64,000 nt of DNA, taken from contig JBAZMP010000003.1 in NCBI GenBank assembly GCA_041649715.1, positions 36,155 through 100,154 of the forward strand. The letters run 5' to 3'. Source of the stretch: Patescibacteria group bacterium. Its GTDB lineage: Bacteria; Patescibacteriota; Patescibacteriia; JAXHNJ01. Positions within the stretch are counted from its first letter, which is position 1, and every line of letters starts with the position of its first letter. Below, in pieces: positions 8,867-19,143 of this stretch. The position numbers and the translations under genes were made by a program. The notes beneath the pieces were generated by a model. It was not told where the DNA came from and did no database searches. It was given only the letters and a program-made list of their open reading frames with translations.

Positions 8867-9904
8867 TCAGTCCAGATACTTCGCCTTGTTGGCGGCGTGC
8901 TCTTCGGCGGTCTTTGACCAAACCGTGGTGCCGTCTTTCTTATTCAAATAAAACAGATACTCATTGGGAGTGGGATAAATCGCCGCTTTGATGGAGGAAA
9001 GCGAAGGATTGCAGATCGGGCCGGGAGGCAAGCCCTTGTTTAAATACGTGTTATAGGCCGAAACGGTTTGTAGATCCTCAAGCGTCGGCTGCAAAGCGGA
9101 CTTGCCGGTGACGTAATTGACCGTGGCGTCAGACTGCATAGGCATGCCTATTTCTATCCGGCGGAAAAAAAGGTCGGCGGCCATTTTACGGTCAGCCTCT
9201 TTCCTGACCTCTTTTTCCAAAATTGAGGCCATGGTCACGATTTCAAAAATGGTCTTGTTCTGATTTTTTATTTCGGCGCGCAATTCTTCCGTTAACTTGC
9301 TGCCGAAATTATCCAGCATTTTTTTTATAATATCCTTGCCGGCAGAATCTTTAAAAATACGGTAAGTATCGGGGAATAAATACCCCTCCAAATCCACGGC
9401 TAGGCTTTTATCGGCTAAAAAAGTGTAATTTTCCTCGGGCAAGATCTCGCGGGAATTTTTTACCCCGGCCGCCGCCAGAAAATCGGCCTTAGAAATAATC
9501 TCCTGCTTTTCCAGATAATCTCCGATCTCCGTGTTCGTCCAGCCTTCGATTATTTTTATGGTCCGCTCGTTAGAAATAAGCTTCCCTTCGCTCAATATCG
9601 CCACTACTTGTTTGATGCTCATGTCCGTGGACAACTGATAGGTGCCGGCCTGCAAGCGGCTAGAAACCCCCTCGATAAAAGTATAAACAAAGAACGCCGT
9701 TTTATTCCTGATCAATCCCTTGGCAATCAGGACGTCGGCGATGACACGGGAACCGTCACCCTTATTGATGGTGATCTCTTTTTCCTCCGTAATTGAACTG
9801 GCCGGCGAGCTGATCAGATAGACGAAATAAAAAAACAGGCCGACAAAAACCAGACCGGCAATGCTGATGATAAGAATGGCGTTGGTTTTCCTTTTGTCTG
9901 CCAT
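8867..9904 (-). CDS. mltG: Endolytic transglycosylase MltG (YceG)
   Basis: LEGYLFPDTY, MASILEKE, MQSDAT, YNTY..GLPPGPICNP. Confidence 0.96.
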   Translation of the reverse strand: MADKRKTNAILIISIAGLVFVGLFFYFVYLISSPASSITEEKEITINKGDGSRVIADVLIAKGLIRNKTAFFVYTFIEGVSSRLQAGTYQLSTDMSIKQVVAILSEGKLISNERTIKIIEGWTNTEIGDYLEKQEIISKADFLAAAGVKNSREILPEENYTFLADKSLAVDLEGYLFPDTYRIFKDSAGKDIIKKMLDNFGSKLTEELRAEIKNQNKTIFEIVTMASILEKEVRKEADRKMAADLFFRRIEIGMPMQSDATVNYVTGKSALQPTLEDLQTVSAYNTYLNKGLPPGPICNPSLSSIKAAIYPTPNEYLFYLNKKDGTTVWSKTAEEHAANKAKYLD

Positions 9905-9905
9905 A

Positions 9906-10985
9906 TTATAGATATTCCTCCTTCTTTTTTTTCTTCAATATTTCCACGATATTCTTCACTTCCTGCGCTTTTTCCCGCGGACAAATCAATAAAGCGTCTT
10001 TGGTATTGACGATGATCATGTCTTCCACTCCCGCCGTGGCCACCAGCTTTTCCGAAAGATTATAGATAAGACTACCCTTAGTCTGGTAACCGACATGCTC
10101 GCCCAAGATGACATTTTCTTCAGCGGTTTCGCTCAAGACCTCTTTGACCGAACGCCAATGGCCGACGTCGGTCCAGCCGATATCGGCGGGCAGAACCAGC
10201 ATTTTTTCTTTTATCTTTTCCATCAGGCCGAAGTCGATAGAAATGGATTCAAGCCGGGCAAATTCACGTTTGACCGTGGCCTTTTCATTTTTCGTTCCTA
10301 AGGCGTTCTCGATATTTTTTAAAATGAGATAATGCCGCGGCAAATGTTTCCTGAATAGATTCAGCAAATGGTCCACCCGCCAGACAAAGATGGCCGGATT
10401 CCAGAGATAATTCCATTTTTTAAGATAGGATTCCGCGGTTTTCAGGTCCGGTTTCTCCACGAATCTTTTGGCGGCAAAAATCTTGTCTTGGCCGAATTTA
10501 TCTTTTTCATCGCCCATCTCGATATAACCGTAGCCTGTTTCCGGATAGGTGGGATTGATGCCGATCAAAAGCGTGTGGTCGGGATATTTTTTGAGCACCT
10601 TCTCGGCTGTCCTTAATATCCGGATATATTCTTTTTCATTTTTAATGTACTGGTCGGAATTGGCCATGGAAATTGTTTCACTGGGATTTTTTTTATGCAG
10701 GATGACCGCCGTCAGGCCGATCGCCCCGGCCGTGTTCCTGGCCGTCGGCTCCAGCACATAATTCTTTAAAGGCAGATTCGGAATCTGCTTTCCGATCAGG
10801 CGCAAATGCTTTTGGCCGCAGGAAACGTATATATCGGCCAGCGAAAATTCCCGGCGCAGGCGCTTAAAGGTTTTTTGGAGCAAAGTATCGTTGCCGATGA
10901 TTTTCTGGGCTTGCTTGGGCTTGCCCTGACGGCTAAGCGGCCAAAGCCTGGTCCCTCCGCCACCCGCCAATATTATTGCTTTCAT
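9906..10985 (-). CDS. manC: Mannose-1-phosphate guanylyltransferase
   Basis: ILAGGGGTRLWPLSR..PKQ, RNTA, ETGYGYI, FVEKP, WTDVGHW. Confidence 0.93.
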   Translation of the reverse strand: MKAIILAGGGGTRLWPLSRQGKPKQAQKIIGNDTLLQKTFKRLRREFSLADIYVSCGQKHLRLIGKQIPNLPLKNYVLEPTARNTAGAIGLTAVILHKKNPSETISMANSDQYIKNEKEYIRILRTAEKVLKKYPDHTLLIGINPTYPETGYGYIEMGDEKDKFGQDKIFAAKRFVEKPDLKTAESYLKKWNYLWNPAIFVWRVDHLLNLFRKHLPRHYLILKNIENALGTKNEKATVKREFARLESISIDFGLMEKIKEKMLVLPADIGWTDVGHWRSVKEVLSETAEENVILGEHVGYQTKGSLIYNLSEKLVATAGVEDMIIVNTKDALLICPREKAQEVKNIVEILKKKKKEEYL

Positions 10986-10999
10986 ATGATTGGACGAAT

Positions 11000-11635
11000 T
11001 TAGCTCTTTTCTTTTTTCCCCTCAATCAATGGCACGAATTGAAAACCCGAAAATCTTTGTTCTTCAAAATCATCCTCACTTTTTTTGATCCTTAAAACCA
11101 TTTCTTGAATGTCCCGGCCGACCGGAATGACCAGTCTCCCGCCGATCGCGAGCTGATCGCCAAGCGCTTTCGGGATGCCGTTTATGGCGGCGGCCGCCAC
11201 CTGGATACAGTCAAAGGGGGCGAATTCCGACAGGCCGGCTGACCCATCGCCGCAGAACAATTCTATATTTTTGAATTTATATTTCTCCAGGTTTTTCTCG
11301 CCAAAAGTCTTTAACTGGGGTATCCTTTCCACGGCATAAACTTTTCCCTTTTCTCCCACCAAATAGGCGAGCAACCCCGTCGTCCAGGCCGAACCCGAAC
11401 CGACGTCCAAAACCTTCTCTCCTTCCTTTGGCTGCAATAGCTCCAACATAAAAGCGACGGTCAGGGGTTGACTATTGGTCTGACCGTAATTGATAGGCAG
11501 AGGGATATTTTCGGAAAAATCCTCCCTTAATTCCTCGGGCAGAAAATCCCGGCGGTGAATATTTAAAAAAGCCTCTATGATCTTAGGAGTTTTTAAATAA
11601 CCGTCGTCTATTAGCTTTTGGACTAATTGCTGCAT
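11000..11635 (-). CDS. pcm: Protein-L-isoaspartate O-methyltransferase
   Basis: GQTNSQP, VLDVGSGSAW, APFDCI, QLAIGGRLVIPVG, FVPL. Confidence 0.95.
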   Translation of the reverse strand: MQQLVQKLIDDGYLKTPKIIEAFLNIHRRDFLPEELREDFSENIPLPINYGQTNSQPLTVAFMLELLQPKEGEKVLDVGSGSAWTTGLLAYLVGEKGKVYAVERIPQLKTFGEKNLEKYKFKNIELFCGDGSAGLSEFAPFDCIQVAAAAINGIPKALGDQLAIGGRLVIPVGRDIQEMVLRIKKSEDDFEEQRFSGFQFVPLIEGKKEKS

Positions 11636-11701
11636 ATGATTGATGTATTTAATTTAACCTATTTTTGCTTTTTTGGCAAGGTAAGTGTTTTTAAAGGAAC
11701 A

Positions 11702-11830
11702 AGATGCAAGAGGCAAGTAACAAATATTTCAATAACCAATATTCAATTTTCAAACCGTTTGCCGACGAACAGTGTTTGGCTATTGGAATTTTGAATTTGG
11801 ATATTGTTTGTATCTTGTGTCACGGTAATT
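11702..11830. repeat. Long imperfect palindrome with ~7-nt periodic arms
   Basis: Left arm ..AAATATTTCAATAACCAATATTCAATTTTCAAAC pairs imperfectly with right arm GTTTGGCTATTGGAATTTTGAATTTGGATATTG. Confidence 0.6.
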
Positions 11831-11941
11831 GTTTTTTATACAAACAAACTGGCCCAGAAAGAATAAATAAAACAACCATGGCAAAGAGCCTGAGAGGCTA
11901 AGCTAATAAGCCAAAACTTATTTCTGCTAAAAAATACCCCC

Positions 11942-12148
11942 TTGAAAAAAAATCCAAGGTATGCTATACTTATCTAGTAAAGATACTAAAATAAAAACAA
12001 AAACAAGATACTATCCTCCTCACAATCCTTTTTGGACGCAGGAGGTCTAAAACTAAAAGTACAATTTCAATTAGTATCTTTGCGGACAATCAGGTAACCT
12101 AGCGAAAATCAAGGGTGAAAAGTGTTTTTGAAAAAGAGCACTTTTTTA
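11942..12148 (+). ncRNA. Candidate sRNA or attenuating leader upstream of the CAP gene
   Basis: Promoter TTGAAA-17-TATACT; 11-bp stem 11979-11989/12071-12081; inner CCTCCT/AGGAGG pair; terminator 12118-12147. Confidence 0.45.
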
Positions 12149-12190
12149 TTCCTATAAATCGGCTCTTTTACGACTAAAATAAAAACAAAA

Positions 12191-12787
12191 ATGAAGACAA
12201 AATATTTAGAAGTTGAGGTTCTGCCTTTTTCTATTCTGCCGGAAAATAACCCGGGCTTCGCCATCCGGCATTTAAGCAAGGAGTACGATCCGACAAAGAA
12301 AAAAACCTTAAACTTGCAAAAAATATCGTTCTATTTATTCCGGACAACTTTTATATTATTGCTGGCTTTTTTCCCGCTTTTTTCTTTTGGGCAGATTACT
12401 TTCAAGCAGGAAATCATCAAACTCACCAATATTGAAAGAAACAGACAGCATCTTCCCCTCCTAACCGATAATCCCCTTTTAGACGCGGCCGCCTTGGCCA
12501 AAGCCAATGACATGATCGCTTTGAATTATTTCAGCCACACTTCGCCCTCTGGCCTTTCTCCCTGGAACTTCATCACCGAAAATGGCTACGAATATAAATT
12601 CGCCGGTGAAAACCTGGCTTTGGATTTTTCCGACCCCCAAAATGCGATGACCGCCTGGCTGCGTTCCCCGAGCCATCGCGACAATATCCTCGATCCGGAT
12701 TTCAAAGAAATCGGTGTGGCCGTGGTCAAGGGCACGGTAGAAAACCAAGAAACAGTCCTGGTCGTCCAATTTTTCGGCACGCGGTAA
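12191..12787 (+). CDS. CAP (SCP/PR-1) domain protein
   Basis: TNIER, AALAKANDM..YFSHTSP, AGENLA, WLRSPSHRDNIL, VQFFG. Confidence 0.92.
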   Translation: MKTKYLEVEVLPFSILPENNPGFAIRHLSKEYDPTKKKTLNLQKISFYLFRTTFILLLAFFPLFSFGQITFKQEIIKLTNIERNRQHLPLLTDNPLLDAAALAKANDMIALNYFSHTSPSGLSPWNFITENGYEYKFAGENLALDFSDPQNAMTAWLRSPSHRDNILDPDFKEIGVAVVKGTVENQETVLVVQFFGTR

Positions 12788-12850
12788 AATAAAAGAAGAT
12801 ACCGTCGGATTAAGGGCAAAATCTGCCTCTTTTTATTATTCGCCCAATCC

Positions 12851-12879
12851 TTGACAAATTAAAATTTATTCATTACAAT
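12851..12879 (+). promoter_or_regulatory. Promoter of pil operon
   Basis: TTGACA-17-TACAAT. Confidence 0.75.
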
Positions 12880-12953
12880 AAACACACTTAAAACACCAAA
12901 ATAAAAAACAAAAATAAACCCTGTGAAAGCGTTTATTTTTTAAGATAAAAAAG

Positions 12954-14714
12954 GTGGCCTTATTCTCTTTTACCCTAACCGACAATCCCTACCGCCGGTT
13001 GGGAAAAATGCTGGAAAAAGAAAAAATCCTCCCAAGGAACGATTTTAAAGAAATCTTTGAGCAATCTAAAAAGGAAAACCGGCCGTTTTTAGCCGTTCTT
13101 TGGGAAAAAGAAGGCCTGCCGGAAGATAAATTGAACCAAGCCTTGGCCCGCTATTTCCGATTACCTGAAGTGCGCTTGCGTGAAAAAACCATTGATCCCG
13201 AGGTTTTAAACCTTATCCCGAAGGAAATAGCCGAGCATGGTTCGATCGTTATCTTTAAAAAAATAAAGAACATCATCTACGTGGCCACGACCAACCCGGA
13301 AAATAAGTTGGTCTTTAATTTTATTAAGAAGAAAACCGGCCTTGACCCGAAAATTTTCATCACCTCCCCGGCTGACCTGAAACAGGCGATAAAAAAATAC
13401 AAAACGGAGATCGCCTCGGAATTTGAGAAAATAATCGACGACAGCATCAAACAGGTTCTCAGCTTGCACGAAAACACGGAAAAACTCGCCCAAGTCGTCC
13501 CGACGATTAAAATGGTTGATACCATAATCGAACAAGCTCTTTTGCAGAACGCTTCCGACATTCATATCGAACCGGTCGCCGAAAAAATAAGCGTGCGTTA
13601 CCGGATCGACGGCCTCCTGCAAAAAATAGTCACTCTCCCCAAACAAATACTCCCGACCGTTGTCACCCGCATAAAAATTCTCGCTAACCTAAAAATTGAC
13701 GAGCACCGCCTGCCTCAAGACGGACGTTTTAAATTCGAATTCAATGAACGGCCGGTCGCCATCCGCGTTTCGGTCATGCCCACCCTCAACGGGGCCAAAG
13801 TAGTTTTGAGACTTTTGGATGTCAAGGAAAAACAATTCAGCCTCCGACGCCTAGGACTGAATGTTAAGGATTTTGTCACGGTCAAGAAAGAAATGATCAA
13901 ACCCCACGGCTTGATCCTCGTGACCGGGCCGACCGGCAGCGGAAAAACAACCACTCTCTATGCAATTTTAAGGATGCTGAATAAAGAAGGCGTGAATATT
14001 TGCACGATTGAAGACCCGATTGAATACGGCCTGGAAGGGATCAATCAAACGCAGATCAATCCCAGCGCCGGCTTAACATTTGCCTCAGGTTTGCGTTCTC
14101 TCGTCCGCCAGGACCCGGACATCATCATGGTCGGCGAAATCCGTGACTTGGAAACGGCCGACATGGCGATCAATGCAGCGATGACCGGCCATCTGGTCTT
14201 ATCAACCCTGCACACCAATTCCGCATTTCTTGTCATCCAGCGCCTGATCGAAATGGGTATTAAGCCGTTTTTGGCCGCTTCCGTGATCAATGTCGTCATG
14301 GGTCAAAGACTGGTGAGAAAAATCTGCCGCTTCTGCAAATCGCAAAGAGGGTCAGCCGAAAAAATCCTGGCCCAATACGGTGGATATTTCGACCTGGAAA
14401 ATGCCCTGGCAAAATTTAAACGACTTAAACTGCTTCCCCCGGTCGGCTATAACTCCCTTTCCGAAATTAAATTTGCCCACGGCAAGGGCTGCCCGAAATG
14501 CCACGGCACCGGTTATTTGGGGCGCATCGGCATCTATGAAATACTGAAGAACAGCTCCCATATTTACCAGACGATATTAAAAGATCCGACGGCCAACGCC
14601 ATCAAAAATGAGGCCTTGAAACACGATATTCTGACCATGACCGAAGACGGTCTTTTAAAAGTGCTAAAAGGTCAAACAACGTTTGAAGAGGTTTTAAGAG
14701 TAACTAAAGAATAA
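12954..14714 (+). CDS. pilB: Type IV pilus assembly ATPase (PilB/GspE)
   Basis: ASDIHIEP, RLPQDGR, Walker A GPTGSGKTT, TIEDPIEY, RQDPDIIMVGEIRD, TGHLVLSTLHTN, Zn CxxC pairs. Confidence 0.95.
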   Translation: MALFSFTLTDNPYRRLGKMLEKEKILPRNDFKEIFEQSKKENRPFLAVLWEKEGLPEDKLNQALARYFRLPEVRLREKTIDPEVLNLIPKEIAEHGSIVIFKKIKNIIYVATTNPENKLVFNFIKKKTGLDPKIFITSPADLKQAIKKYKTEIASEFEKIIDDSIKQVLSLHENTEKLAQVVPTIKMVDTIIEQALLQNASDIHIEPVAEKISVRYRIDGLLQKIVTLPKQILPTVVTRIKILANLKIDEHRLPQDGRFKFEFNERPVAIRVSVMPTLNGAKVVLRLLDVKEKQFSLRRLGLNVKDFVTVKKEMIKPHGLILVTGPTGSGKTTTLYAILRMLNKEGVNICTIEDPIEYGLEGINQTQINPSAGLTFASGLRSLVRQDPDIIMVGEIRDLETADMAINAAMTGHLVLSTLHTNSAFLVIQRLIEMGIKPFLAASVINVVMGQRLVRKICRFCKSQRGSAEKILAQYGGYFDLENALAKFKRLKLLPPVGYNSLSEIKFAHGKGCPKCHGTGYLGRIGIYEILKNSSHIYQTILKDPTANAIKNEALKHDILTMTEDGLLKVLKGQTTFEEVLRVTKE

Positions 14715-14715
14715 T

Positions 14716-15924
14716 ATGCCCATTTTTTCCTATACCGGCCTGGATAAAAACAATAATTACGTCAAAGCCACCCTGGAGACAGGTAATCTTAAAAAAGCGG
14801 CCCAACTCCTGGAAAAAGAAGGAGTGATACTCGTTAATATCCAAGAAGAAAGAACCCTCAAAAAAACCCTAACCGAACGGCTATTTAACAACGTTACCCG
14901 CCTGGACAAGATCTTTTTCACGCGTCATCTTTCCACCATGCTGGAATCCGGCATTGCTTTGGACCAAGCGATAAAAATCATTGCCGAGCAGACAACCAAT
15001 AAAACCTTTAAAACCACCCTATACGACATCTATAAACGCCTGCAGGGCGGCGAATCATTATTCGAATGTTTGGCCGCGCACCCGAAATATTTTTCCAAAT
15101 TTTACATCAATATCATCCGGGTCGGCGAAAAAAGCGGAAAATTAGACGAAGTTCTGGCCCAGCTTCTGGAGCAGCAGGAAAGCGACTACGAGCTTATTAA
15201 CCGCGCCCGCGGCGCCATGGTTTATCCGGCGGTGATCATCAGCGCTCTTATTGTCATGGTCGTCTTTATGATGACTTTCGTCATTCCGAAGGTCACCAGC
15301 GTTTTGAGCGAATACCACGTCAAGCTGCCGCTGGCTACCCGCATCCTGATCGGCTTGAGCAATTTTATCCTTCATTACGGCTATTATGTTTTTCCCGCCT
15401 TGATTGTTTTGGTCTATCTCTTCTTAAGATGGATAAAAAGCAAAAAGGGCAAAAAACGCTGGGATGCTTTCCTCCTGAAAATCCCGCATTTAAAAAAGAT
15501 CATGGCGGAATTCAATCTTGCCCGCTTTGCCCGATCGATGAGCGCCCTGATGAAAAGTGGGGTGCCGATAGACGAATCCCTGGCTTTGGCGGCCGATGTA
15601 TCCTCTAACACTTTTTACGCCGAATCATTGGCTTCCGGCATCCAGTTTGTCCGCAAAGGAATACCCTTGGCTGAGATTTTAAAAGGCCACCCGAAGCTTT
15701 ATCCCCCTATCACCGTTCGCATGATCGAGGTGGGCGAAAAAACCGGCAAGCTCGACCACATGCTTTCCCGCCTGGCCACTTTTTACGAAAAATCCGTGCT
15801 CAATACGATTGCCAACCTCGCTTCGGTCATCGAGCCGGTTCTCCTGCTCTGCATCGGCCTGGCCGTGGCCTTTGTCGCCATTTCCGTCCTGACCCCCATT
15901 TGGAAATTTTCCGAAACCGTATAA
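14716..15924 (+). CDS. pilC: Type IV pilus platform protein (PilC/GspF)
   Basis: FTRHLSTMLESG, GEKSGKL, AMVYP, GEKTGKL, IEP. Confidence 0.95.
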   Translation: MPIFSYTGLDKNNNYVKATLETGNLKKAAQLLEKEGVILVNIQEERTLKKTLTERLFNNVTRLDKIFFTRHLSTMLESGIALDQAIKIIAEQTTNKTFKTTLYDIYKRLQGGESLFECLAAHPKYFSKFYINIIRVGEKSGKLDEVLAQLLEQQESDYELINRARGAMVYPAVIISALIVMVVFMMTFVIPKVTSVLSEYHVKLPLATRILIGLSNFILHYGYYVFPALIVLVYLFLRWIKSKKGKKRWDAFLLKIPHLKKIMAEFNLARFARSMSALMKSGVPIDESLALAADVSSNTFYAESLASGIQFVRKGIPLAEILKGHPKLYPPITVRMIEVGEKTGKLDHMLSRLATFYEKSVLNTIANLASVIEPVLLLCIGLAVAFVAISVLTPIWKFSETV

Positions 15925-15947
15925 TTAATTAATTTTTTTATAATTTT

Positions 15948-16403
15948 ATGTCACATCTTAAAAAAGGTTTTACTCTCGTCGAAGCGCTCTCGGTGATCGG
16001 CGTTCTTGCCGTCCTGACGGCCATGGCGGTCCCGTCCTACGCCTCGATGAGAAAAAACGTGGTCTTCGGCAATACATTTCAAGAAATAGCCAGTGCCTTA
16101 AGAATGGCCCAGAATAATTCGATGACCGCTCAAGACGGCAATATGTGGGGGGTTAAATTTAATAATGACAGTTATATTATGCTGGAATGTAATGATGAAA
16201 ATTGTTCAAGCCCCTCGAATACAGACACCTATCCGGTCAGCGGCCTAAAAATAATCACGCCGGCCACAAATCCTATTATTTTTAACCGCCTATCAGGCAC
16301 TCTTTACGGGGCCGCGGTCTCCCAAACAATCGCCGTTGAGAATGAGGCGGGATCAAGTGTAAAGAATATCTTCGTTGAACCAAATGGAAAAATTTCCCCA
16401 TAA
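15948..16403 (+). CDS. Prepilin (FimT/GspH-like)
   Basis: KG/FTLVE class III signal and hydrophobic helix. Confidence 0.88.
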   Translation: MSHLKKGFTLVEALSVIGVLAVLTAMAVPSYASMRKNVVFGNTFQEIASALRMAQNNSMTAQDGNMWGVKFNNDSYIMLECNDENCSSPSNTDTYPVSGLKIITPATNPIIFNRLSGTLYGAAVSQTIAVENEAGSSVKNIFVEPNGKISP

Positions 16404-16407
16404 AAAT

Positions 16408-16848
16408 ATGCGGAATTCGTTTTCAATAAAAAATAAAGGCTTTTCCGTCGTTGAGATTTTGGTCGCCGTCAGTATGGCCGGTATTATGATCGTTTCCATA
16501 GGCGGTGCCCTGAATTCTATCCATAAATTGAACGCCAGGAGCGAAATAAATGAAAAAGCGATCGCCTACGCGAAACAAACCCTGGAATTAGTCACCGATT
16601 TGAAAAATCATGATTTTGACGCGGATTTATCCAGCGTCGACAGTCTCGCCCTGGAAACCGGGTTTACACGGCCAAGCCCCGCCGTGACCGTGACTCCTCT
16701 TTGCCGTGACGGCAACGGGAACATAATGTCCGCCTGCGGCGCGAGCGTGCCAGACGGCAAAACCGAAAAAGTAACGGTCATTATCCAGTATTCGGGAACG
16801 GAAAAAGCTAAATTATCGACTATTTTTACTGATTGGCGAATTCCATGA
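16408..16848 (+). CDS. Minor prepilin (PilV-like)
   Basis: KG/FSVVEILV motif; ATG 16408. Confidence 0.85.
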   Translation: MRNSFSIKNKGFSVVEILVAVSMAGIMIVSIGGALNSIHKLNARSEINEKAIAYAKQTLELVTDLKNHDFDADLSSVDSLALETGFTRPSPAVTVTPLCRDGNGNIMSACGASVPDGKTEKVTVIIQYSGTEKAKLSTIFTDWRIP

Positions 16849-17366
16849 AAAAAGTATTCAAAAAAAATAACAAGGGATTCACCCTGATTGAGCTTCTAAT
16901 ATACATGGGCATTTCCACGATTATTGTCGTTGTTTTGACCAGCTTTATGGCTGATGTGTTAAAGAATGCGGCCAAGACAAAAATAACAAAAGAGGTGCAG
17001 CAGAATGCCAGATTTATTACGGCAAAAATTACCCAAGAAATAAGAAACGCCCAAAGTATTAATATCGATACTTTTGACCTTACCTTGAATAATAAAACTC
17101 TATTTTCCTTAAAAGACGACGGCGTCTATTACGATGATGATGTCAGCGACGCTGATCCGGCTTTAAAACTCACGAGCAACCAGGTTAAAATCAACCGAGA
17201 TGCTGACCCAAACGATCCTACGCAATATAATTCACAATTCAAGCCTGTCTCGGGCACAGTTTTTATCAAATTAACGGTGGAACAAGCCAGCCCCAATGCG
17301 AGAAGATCCGAGAGCAGCCAAATCACCCTTTCTTCAGCGGCTGTCCCAAGGGCCTCACTCTATTAA
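16845..17366 (+). CDS. Minor prepilin (PilW-like)
   Basis: KG/FTLIELLIY, QQNARF..I.QEIR.A. Confidence 0.87.
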   Translation: MKKVFKKNNKGFTLIELLIYMGISTIIVVVLTSFMADVLKNAAKTKITKEVQQNARFITAKITQEIRNAQSINIDTFDLTLNNKTLFSLKDDGVYYDDDVSDADPALKLTSNQVKINRDADPNDPTQYNSQFKPVSGTVFIKLTVEQASPNARRSESSQITLSSAAVPRASLY

Positions 17367-17379
17367 ATACTTATTTGGC

Positions 17380-18843
17380 ATGAATATAAGGATATATAAA
17401 AATCAAAGAGGTGTCGTCGCCATTCTTACCTTATTGGCGGTTTCGGTTTTGGCTTTATTAATTATGACCACGATGAGCGTGCTGGCGGCGGATGAATTAA
17501 AAATGTCAATCTCAGAAAGAAATACGGAGAAAACCTTTTACGCGGCTGAGACCGGAATAAACGAGGCGTTGTATCGATTAAGCAAGGATGGTCTTCCCGC
17601 TAATTTTTGTTTATCCTTTGACGGAACTGCTATACCCTGTGCGAATTCCGAAAAAATTGAAGTGAGTTTTTCACTTGATCCAAATAATCCCTATAATCGC
17701 ATTATCAACTCACGAGCCCAAGATATCACCGGCAAAGAAAGAACTTTAAGTTTTACGGCCCAAACGAACAGTTATGCCGCCGGCTTGGATTTTGCCGTTC
17801 ATACTGGAACTGGCGGATTGGAAATGGAGAATAATACAAGGGTTTACGGAAACATTCACAGCAACGGGAATATCTACGGCAGTACCGGTGGCACACCAAA
17901 AAGCGAAATTTACGGAGACATTAAAGTTTCGGGCATAACCACTAATTTGGTCCAAACTTTTTCCTATGATCTACGTTATGCCGACAACACTCTTTTTAAA
18001 CACCTTAACGGAAATCTCCATGCTCATGAAATTGTTGATTCAAAAATCAGCGGCGACGCGTGCTACCAAATTATCAACTCCTCCACGGTTAGCGGTTCAT
18101 CAGAAGTATACGGCTCTAATCCCAATTGTATCAGTGATCCTGCTCCCGCTACTTTTCCCATTACTGATCCTCAAATAGAAAATTGGACAAATGAAATTAA
18201 AGACCATGTAAATGAGGCTATATTAAATGGAACGGGACAATTATTCCCAACAAATAAAACGGTAAATACCTCCGAAACTTGGGGTCCGACCAAGGTAAAC
18301 GGCAATCTAATTATTCAAGGCAGCCCCCAGGGAGTAAATAAGCTAGTTATGAATGATAATCTGTGGGTGATAGGAAATTTAGAAATACAAAATAACGGTC
18401 AGCTCACTTTATTCAAAAATATCTTGGTCAGCGGCAACATAATATTTTACCAAAACTCCACCATCAATCTTGACCCAAGCGTGGGTGAAAACGACGGTTT
18501 AATAATCGTTAATGGAAAAACTGAAATAAAAAACGTGGTTAGCATAAACGGATCAGGGAATAGTAAAAGTTCACTTATGTTAATTTCTACCAACAACTCT
18601 TTGGATACCGATAATCCAGCTATACTCGCTAACAATGTTTCTAATGGTGTTTTATACTATGCGAAAGACGGAAAAATAACCATTGATCAAAACGGCGATT
18701 TATGCGGCACTATTGCCCACACTATCCATTTGAAAAATGGGGCAACTGTTAGATATAAGCCAGACAAACAGATACTGGATATACCACCAAACGATGATAA
18801 TTATACTTTTGGTCCTGTGTCTGGTTCCTGGCAGGAAAAATAG
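17380..18843 (+). CDS. PilX-like minor pilin with long beta-rich C-terminal extension
   Basis: QRG/VVAIL without E5; FYAAETGINEAL; repeated V.GN strands; ends SWQEK. Confidence 0.8.
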   Translation: MNIRIYKNQRGVVAILTLLAVSVLALLIMTTMSVLAADELKMSISERNTEKTFYAAETGINEALYRLSKDGLPANFCLSFDGTAIPCANSEKIEVSFSLDPNNPYNRIINSRAQDITGKERTLSFTAQTNSYAAGLDFAVHTGTGGLEMENNTRVYGNIHSNGNIYGSTGGTPKSEIYGDIKVSGITTNLVQTFSYDLRYADNTLFKHLNGNLHAHEIVDSKISGDACYQIINSSTVSGSSEVYGSNPNCISDPAPATFPITDPQIENWTNEIKDHVNEAILNGTGQLFPTNKTVNTSETWGPTKVNGNLIIQGSPQGVNKLVMNDNLWVIGNLEIQNNGQLTLFKNILVSGNIIFYQNSTINLDPSVGENDGLIIVNGKTEIKNVVSINGSGNSKSSLMLISTNNSLDTDNPAILANNVSNGVLYYAKDGKITIDQNGDLCGTIAHTIHLKNGATVRYKPDKQILDIPPNDDNYTFGPVSGSWQEK

Positions 18844-19041
18844 TTATCCACACCCCACTATTTTCGATTTTTCCTGTTTCCCAATCCCCTATTTTCATCC
18901 TCAAAATTACCCTCAAAAAATCGCCTTCCGCATGGGCGGTTTTTTAGAAAAAATATCACCTCTTATTATCTCGACCAGGGGGAATTAAAGACGGCGCCCT
19001 TCTGGCCGAGGGTCAAAATTGGCTAATCGGGGTTATCCACA
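18844..19041 (+). promoter_or_regulatory. Two perfect DnaA boxes (18844-18852, 19033-19041)
   Basis: Exact TTATCCACA matches. Confidence 0.5.
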
Positions 19042-19114
19042 TCCTCTTTCTCGGTCATAATATTTTTACTAATTTCAGCCAAAAGACCCAAAACGGCCAG
19101 ATTCCTTTTGCCCC

Positions 19115-19143
19115 TTGACAAAACTTGAAAAATGGTCTAAGAT
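19115..19143 (+). promoter_or_regulatory. Promoter of the surface-protein/sortase operon
   Basis: TTGACA-17-TAAGAT; ~275-nt leader follows. Confidence 0.7.

Noticed and set aside
8697-8921. N-terminal extensions given by the ORF track (also for rplJ, copA, PilX-like, DedA)
   Set aside because: They overlap upstream genes or promoters; downstream starts fit SD, signal peptide or family N-termini better.
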